A stretch of DNA of 10,335 bases, taken from the IMG/VR virus record IMGVR_UViG_2609460059_000005; one strand, written 5' to 3'. The translations under genes and the position numbers were made by a program. Of this stretch, positions 7,338 through 10,335 are shown piece after piece; positions within the stretch are counted from its first letter, which is position 1, and each line of letters begins with the position of its first letter. The DNA comes from a virus (taxonomy: Duplodnaviria; Heunggongvirae; Uroviricota; Caudoviricetes). The notes beneath the pieces were generated by a model. That model was given only the letters and a program-made list of their open reading frames with translations. It was not told the origin of the DNA and ran no database searches.

Positions 7338-7401
7338 ATAGAGAAGCTAACAGACGTTCTCTCAGGCTCCATGCTAATTTCAGTAAGCGACAATATTTTT
7401 A

Positions 7402-7433
7402 AGCCCACAAACTCAATATGTCGGGCTTTTTTA
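7402..7433 (+). terminator. Putative rho-independent terminator between the convergent small regulator and alpA
   Basis: AGCCC...GGGCT hairpin at 7402-7426 followed by TTTTTTATT. Sits between two convergent genes and may act in both directions. Confidence 0.4.
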
Positions 7434-7664
7434 TTAGTGATTTGCATGCCGTTCACCACGAGAGGCATATATTTGCTCTTGAATCCAGTGATCGACTTCG
7501 CTTTCAACAAATGAAATTGCACGAGTTCCTATTTTTACTGGGCGGGGAAATGTATTATTTGAAAGCTGTTTGTAAAGCCATGCCTTGCTACGCTGAACGC
7601 GTCTTAACACCTCTTTTGCTGAAATAAGAGTCTGATTATCTGAAAGGTTGTTTGCATATTCCAT
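7434..7664 (-). CDS. alpA: AlpA/Vis-family phage transcriptional regulator (excisionase-like HTH), about 76 aa
   Basis: Start set at the internal Met (MEYANNLSDNQ...) with SD GGAG 8 nt upstream. LISAKEVLRRVQRSKAWLYKQLSNNTFPRPVKIGTRAISFVESEVDHWI matches the AlpA-family pattern. Gene lies near a P4-type integrase, as is typical. Confidence 0.75.
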   Translation of the reverse strand: MEYANNLSDNQTLISAKEVLRRVQRSKAWLYKQLSNNTFPRPVKIGTRAISFVESEVDHWIQEQIYASRGERHANH

Positions 7665-7928
7665 CTTGTTACTCCGTGTTCTACTTAAGTTCACGGTGAC
7701 TTTAAACACTGAAAAAAAGTGATTCTAGTGATAATGGAATCTATTAATACAAACGCTGATTCTATTGAAACGTGATAGTTTCTACTGAAAAAAGAAATAA
7801 TGTTCATATGAAAGAACACGAGAAGAGGAAAACGCACAACAAAATAAAATCAATAAAATTCATATAGATAGCATTGCAGCACAAACAAATCATACGTTAG
7901 AAGGTATTATTGCGTTTTATCGATTCAT

Positions 7929-8000
7929 ATTACTCAGGGATTACCACAGTATTACACTGTATTACCCTCTATAGCCCCTTAGAGCCTCTTGTAGCCCCTT
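7929..8000. repeat. Helically phased short repeats: ATTAC four times at 10-11 bp spacing, then three tandem 10-bp units (ATAGCCCCTT / AGAGCCTCTT / GTAGCCCCTT)
   Basis: ATTAC at 7929, 7940, 7951, 7961. Tandem units at 7971-7980, 7981-7990, 7991-8000. Located in the AT-rich spacer between the 212-aa gene and alpA. Confidence 0.45.
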
Positions 8001-8033
8001 CTAATGAGAGATATACAGATAGTAATAATAAAT

Positions 8034-8672
8034 TCACTCTCCGTATTTTATAATGTCTTTCCCCAGCTTTATTTTCTTATAGAACGTAGCTTTTTTAACT
8101 CCTTTCAATAGAATCTCATTCTCATTACAAAAAGAAACAATATCATTATATATAACACTATTATCGCTATAATTTCCCTTTCCATGTTTCTTAAGCAACT
8201 CAATTAGTAAGTAAATTAATTTACAACTATAATTATCCTCATCATCTTTTCTGTACTGCCCTCTGCCATTACTCCTTAACTTTTTACCAACTTCATATAA
8301 TTCACTTCCTCCTAGCATCATTAAAATATCGCCCCAATCTTTATTTTTTACTTGTTGTTGCAATGCGTTCTCAATTCTTTCCTTAATTTCAGGAGGTACA
8401 ATATCTTCCCTCTGAAAGATATAAGCGGCAGTTAATACTAAATTCGCCTCCACTTTTTGCGTGGCGGATATGTTTTTATATTCATTAATCAATTGTAGAT
8501 TTCTGGTTATTGCCTTTCTTAACCGAATAACCTCTTTTAATTGAATATCAGTCAATTCATCATTTTCGGTATCATAGTCAAAACCATTCATAGCAAGCGC
8601 CACTTCGTGCGGCGTAATGTACGTTAACCTATTAAAATAAAACAAATTATTATCAGATTGAGTGTTATTCAT
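8034..8672 (-). CDS. Hypothetical protein, 212 aa, AT-rich orphan gene between integrase and alpA
   Basis: Provided ORF. Strong SD GAGGAG 8 nt upstream. Starts 30 nt after the integrase stop. Clearly more AT-rich than its neighbours. No recognisable motifs. Confidence 0.65.
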   Translation of the reverse strand: MNNTQSDNNLFYFNRLTYITPHEVALAMNGFDYDTENDELTDIQLKEVIRLRKAITRNLQLINEYKNISATQKVEANLVLTAAYIFQREDIVPPEIKERIENALQQQVKNKDWGDILMMLGGSELYEVGKKLRSNGRGQYRKDDEDNYSCKLIYLLIELLKKHGKGNYSDNSVIYNDIVSFCNENEILLKGVKKATFYKKIKLGKDIIKYGE

Positions 8673-8702
8673 TTGAATCTCTCCTCAGTACCACAATGGT
8701 AA

Positions 8703-9965
8703 TTATTTTCCATGCACACGCGCAAAATCATATGGTGTGATAGATCCATTCTTGTTAGCATCAATGTAATCAGCCCACCATTGCAGCATTAATTTTCTTT
8801 CTTCAAGATATTCAGAAGTATGCATATATGAACCTTTCACGTTTTTTCGTTCAACGTGACTTAGCTGTCTTTCAATGGCATCATCATTCCATAGTTTCGA
8901 CTCACTTAGCGCACCACGCGCCATAGTTCTAAAACCATGCCCACATACTTCTGTCTTCGTATCATATCCCATTACACGTAAGGCGCTATTTACAGTATTT
9001 TCACTCATAACTTTTTTAGGATCATGATCGCTGGGAAATATAACCTCGCCTTTACCGCTCAAGGCATGTAAACGTTTAAAAATATCAAATGCTTGTTTGC
9101 TAAGCGGAACAATATGTTCAGTTTTCATCTTCATCCCACGCTCAGAGTGTTTTACGCCGGGAATAGGTTTACGAATTCCGGGTATCGTCCACTCGCTTCG
9201 TTCAAAGTTAACCTCACTCCAGCGAGCAAAACGCATCTCACTTGAACGAATAAATGTGAGTAGCGTTAATTCAACGGCAAGCCGTGTCATTAGTCGCCCT
9301 TTATAGCGTGATAGTCTTTCAAGAAACTCAGGGATTCTTTTTGGGGGTAGTGCTGGGTGATGGGTTGCCTTAACGCTTAAAAGCGCTCCAGCCATATCAC
9401 TGGCAGGATTTGATTCAAGAAGGTCATTCTGCACACCGAAACGCATAATTGCGGTTACGCGCTGCATCAGTCGCTGCGCAACATCATGTTTACCTGCCGC
9501 ATCAACAGCTTTGATCGGATTGAGAAGCTGGCTGGTTCTCAACATTCTGGCGTCAATTTGACCTATCGAGGGGAAAATATACTGCTCAAGCGTCAGCAGA
9601 ACGCGACGGCTATGATCTTCGCTCCAAGTTAGGTTACTTGCGTGCCATTGCCTTGCGATAGTTTCAAATAAATATGCCCCCTCAATTTCAGCTTGTGCCC
9701 CCTTTTGCTCAGCTTTGGGGTCAATGCCCTGAGACAACAATTTCTTTGCTGCATCACGCTTACCCCGAGCCTCAGCCAAAGTGATCGTCGGGTATACACC
9801 AAAAGCGAGCCGATCTTCCTTTTTGTCAGATGGGCGGCGATATTTCATGCGCCAATACTTGGAACCTTTTGGGGAGACTTCAAGATACAAGCCGCCTCCA
9901 TCAGCCATTTTATAGGCTTTCTCTTTCGGCTTTGCGGTCTCTATCTGGCGAGCATTGAGTTTCAT
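8703..9965 (-). CDS. int: P4-type tyrosine integrase (site-specific recombinase), about 420 aa
   Basis: Start set at the internal Met (MKLNARQIETAKPKEKAYKMADGGGLYLEV...), a typical P4-family integrase N-terminus. C-terminal catalytic region has HGFRTMARGAL and the Y-containing KGSYMHTSEY. Gene is adjacent to, and co-oriented with, the tRNA-Leu 3' end. Confidence 0.9.
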   Translation of the reverse strand: MKLNARQIETAKPKEKAYKMADGGGLYLEVSPKGSKYWRMKYRRPSDKKEDRLAFGVYPTITLAEARGKRDAAKKLLSQGIDPKAEQKGAQAEIEGAYLFETIARQWHASNLTWSEDHSRRVLLTLEQYIFPSIGQIDARMLRTSQLLNPIKAVDAAGKHDVAQRLMQRVTAIMRFGVQNDLLESNPASDMAGALLSVKATHHPALPPKRIPEFLERLSRYKGRLMTRLAVELTLLTFIRSSEMRFARWSEVNFERSEWTIPGIRKPIPGVKHSERGMKMKTEHIVPLSKQAFDIFKRLHALSGKGEVIFPSDHDPKKVMSENTVNSALRVMGYDTKTEVCGHGFRTMARGALSESKLWNDDAIERQLSHVERKNVKGSYMHTSEYLEERKLMLQWWADYIDANKNGSITPYDFARVHGK

Positions 9966-10019
9966 TTTGGGGGCACAAATCCTGATCGAATTGACATGCC
10001 CCCGATTATGCCCCCAAAA
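9965..10019. promoter_or_regulatory. Inverted repeat TTTTGGGGGCA ... TGCCCCCAAAA flanking the integrase start and 5' leader
   Basis: 11-bp arms at 9965-9975 and 10009-10019, with an extra TGCCCCC at 9997-10003. The left arm abuts the int ATG (9963-9965). No strong SD precedes the int start. Confidence 0.35.
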
Positions 10020-10129
10020 GAGGGTAGACCACAAGAGACCAACAAAGACCATGAAATACGGTAACTTGCTTGTTTTTAAGGATTTTTTCTGGATTTGTAG
10101 ACTTCAGGAAACGTCAAAAGAAGTGTTAA

Positions 10130-10214
10130 TGGTGCCGAAGGCCGGACTCGAACCGGCACGTATTTCTACGGTTGATTTTGAATCAACTGCGTCTACCGAT
10201 TTCGCCACTTCGGC
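10130..10214 (-). tRNA. leuX: tRNA-Leu (anticodon CAA), leuX-type
   Basis: Reverse complement reads GCCGAAGTGGCGAAATCGGTAGACGCAGTTGATTCAAAATCAACCGTAGAAATACGTGCCGGTTCGAGTCCGGCCTTCGGCACCA. It has a 7-bp acceptor stem, a CAA anticodon in a 7-nt loop, a long variable arm, a GGTTCGAGTCC T-arm and a CCA end. Confidence 0.9.
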
Positions 10215-10243
10215 ACTGAAGAGGTATGCGGAAAACGTTGTGG

Positions 10244-10271
10244 ATTATACCTGTCGCACGCCACCATGCAA
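10244..10271 (-). promoter_or_regulatory. Putative sigma70 promoter of the tRNA-Leu gene
   Basis: On the minus strand: -35 TTGCAT (complement of 10266-10271), 16-bp spacer, perfect -10 TATAAT (complement of 10244-10249), then a GC-containing discriminator about 30 nt before the mature tRNA 5' end. Confidence 0.45.
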
Positions 10272-10335
10272 GCGCCAGCTTGCTCGCATCTCGCTAAGTG
10301 CTGAAATTTTCAGCATTGCATACAGCGATGTGTAA

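Noticed and set aside
6785-7522. 245-aa minus-strand ORF taken as a single gene
   Set aside because: Its N-terminal two thirds is antisense to the RHH-like gene and operator region and overlaps alpA. Only the last 58 codons, which have their own SD, look like a real gene.
8703-10052. 449-aa long form of the integrase starting at MVFVGLLW
   Set aside because: The extra 29 residues are hydrophobic and unlike any integrase N-terminus. The internal Met gives the characteristic MKLNARQ... P4-family start.
1-10129. An attR copy (direct repeat of the tRNA 3' end) inside the window
   Set aside because: No second copy of the tRNA 3'-terminal sequence was seen by eye, so the other end of the element presumably lies beyond the left edge. 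This was not checked computationally.
9955-10335. 126-aa plus-strand ORF spanning the tRNA gene
   Set aside because: It runs straight through the tRNA-Leu gene and its promoter, so it is a chance open frame.

Overview
The window looks like one end of an integrated P4-family-like mobile element (phage satellite or integrative island) inserted at the 3' end of tRNA-Leu(CAA) leuX, in an Escherichia/Enterobacteriaceae-type chromosome. Reading leftwards from the tRNA, nearly every gene is on the minus strand: leuX, a P4-type tyrosine integrase, an AT-rich orphan 212-aa gene, an AlpA-family regulator, a divergent small RHH-like regulator with a triple palindromic operator, then a translationally coupled operon of four small proteins ending in a Zn-ribbon/Toprim/Walker-NTPase primase-helicase. 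Downstream of the primase sit an iteron cluster (putative origin), a Sid-like gene overlapping an Ogr/Delta zinc-finger activator, a terminator, and a repeat-rich non-coding segment where psu would be expected. The left edge carries an AT-rich DprA/Smf-like gene followed 9 nt later by a second gene cut off by the window. The two best candidates for an undescribed system are that DprA-like module and the orphan gene between int and alpA. All family assignments are from reading the translations by eye; no searches were run.
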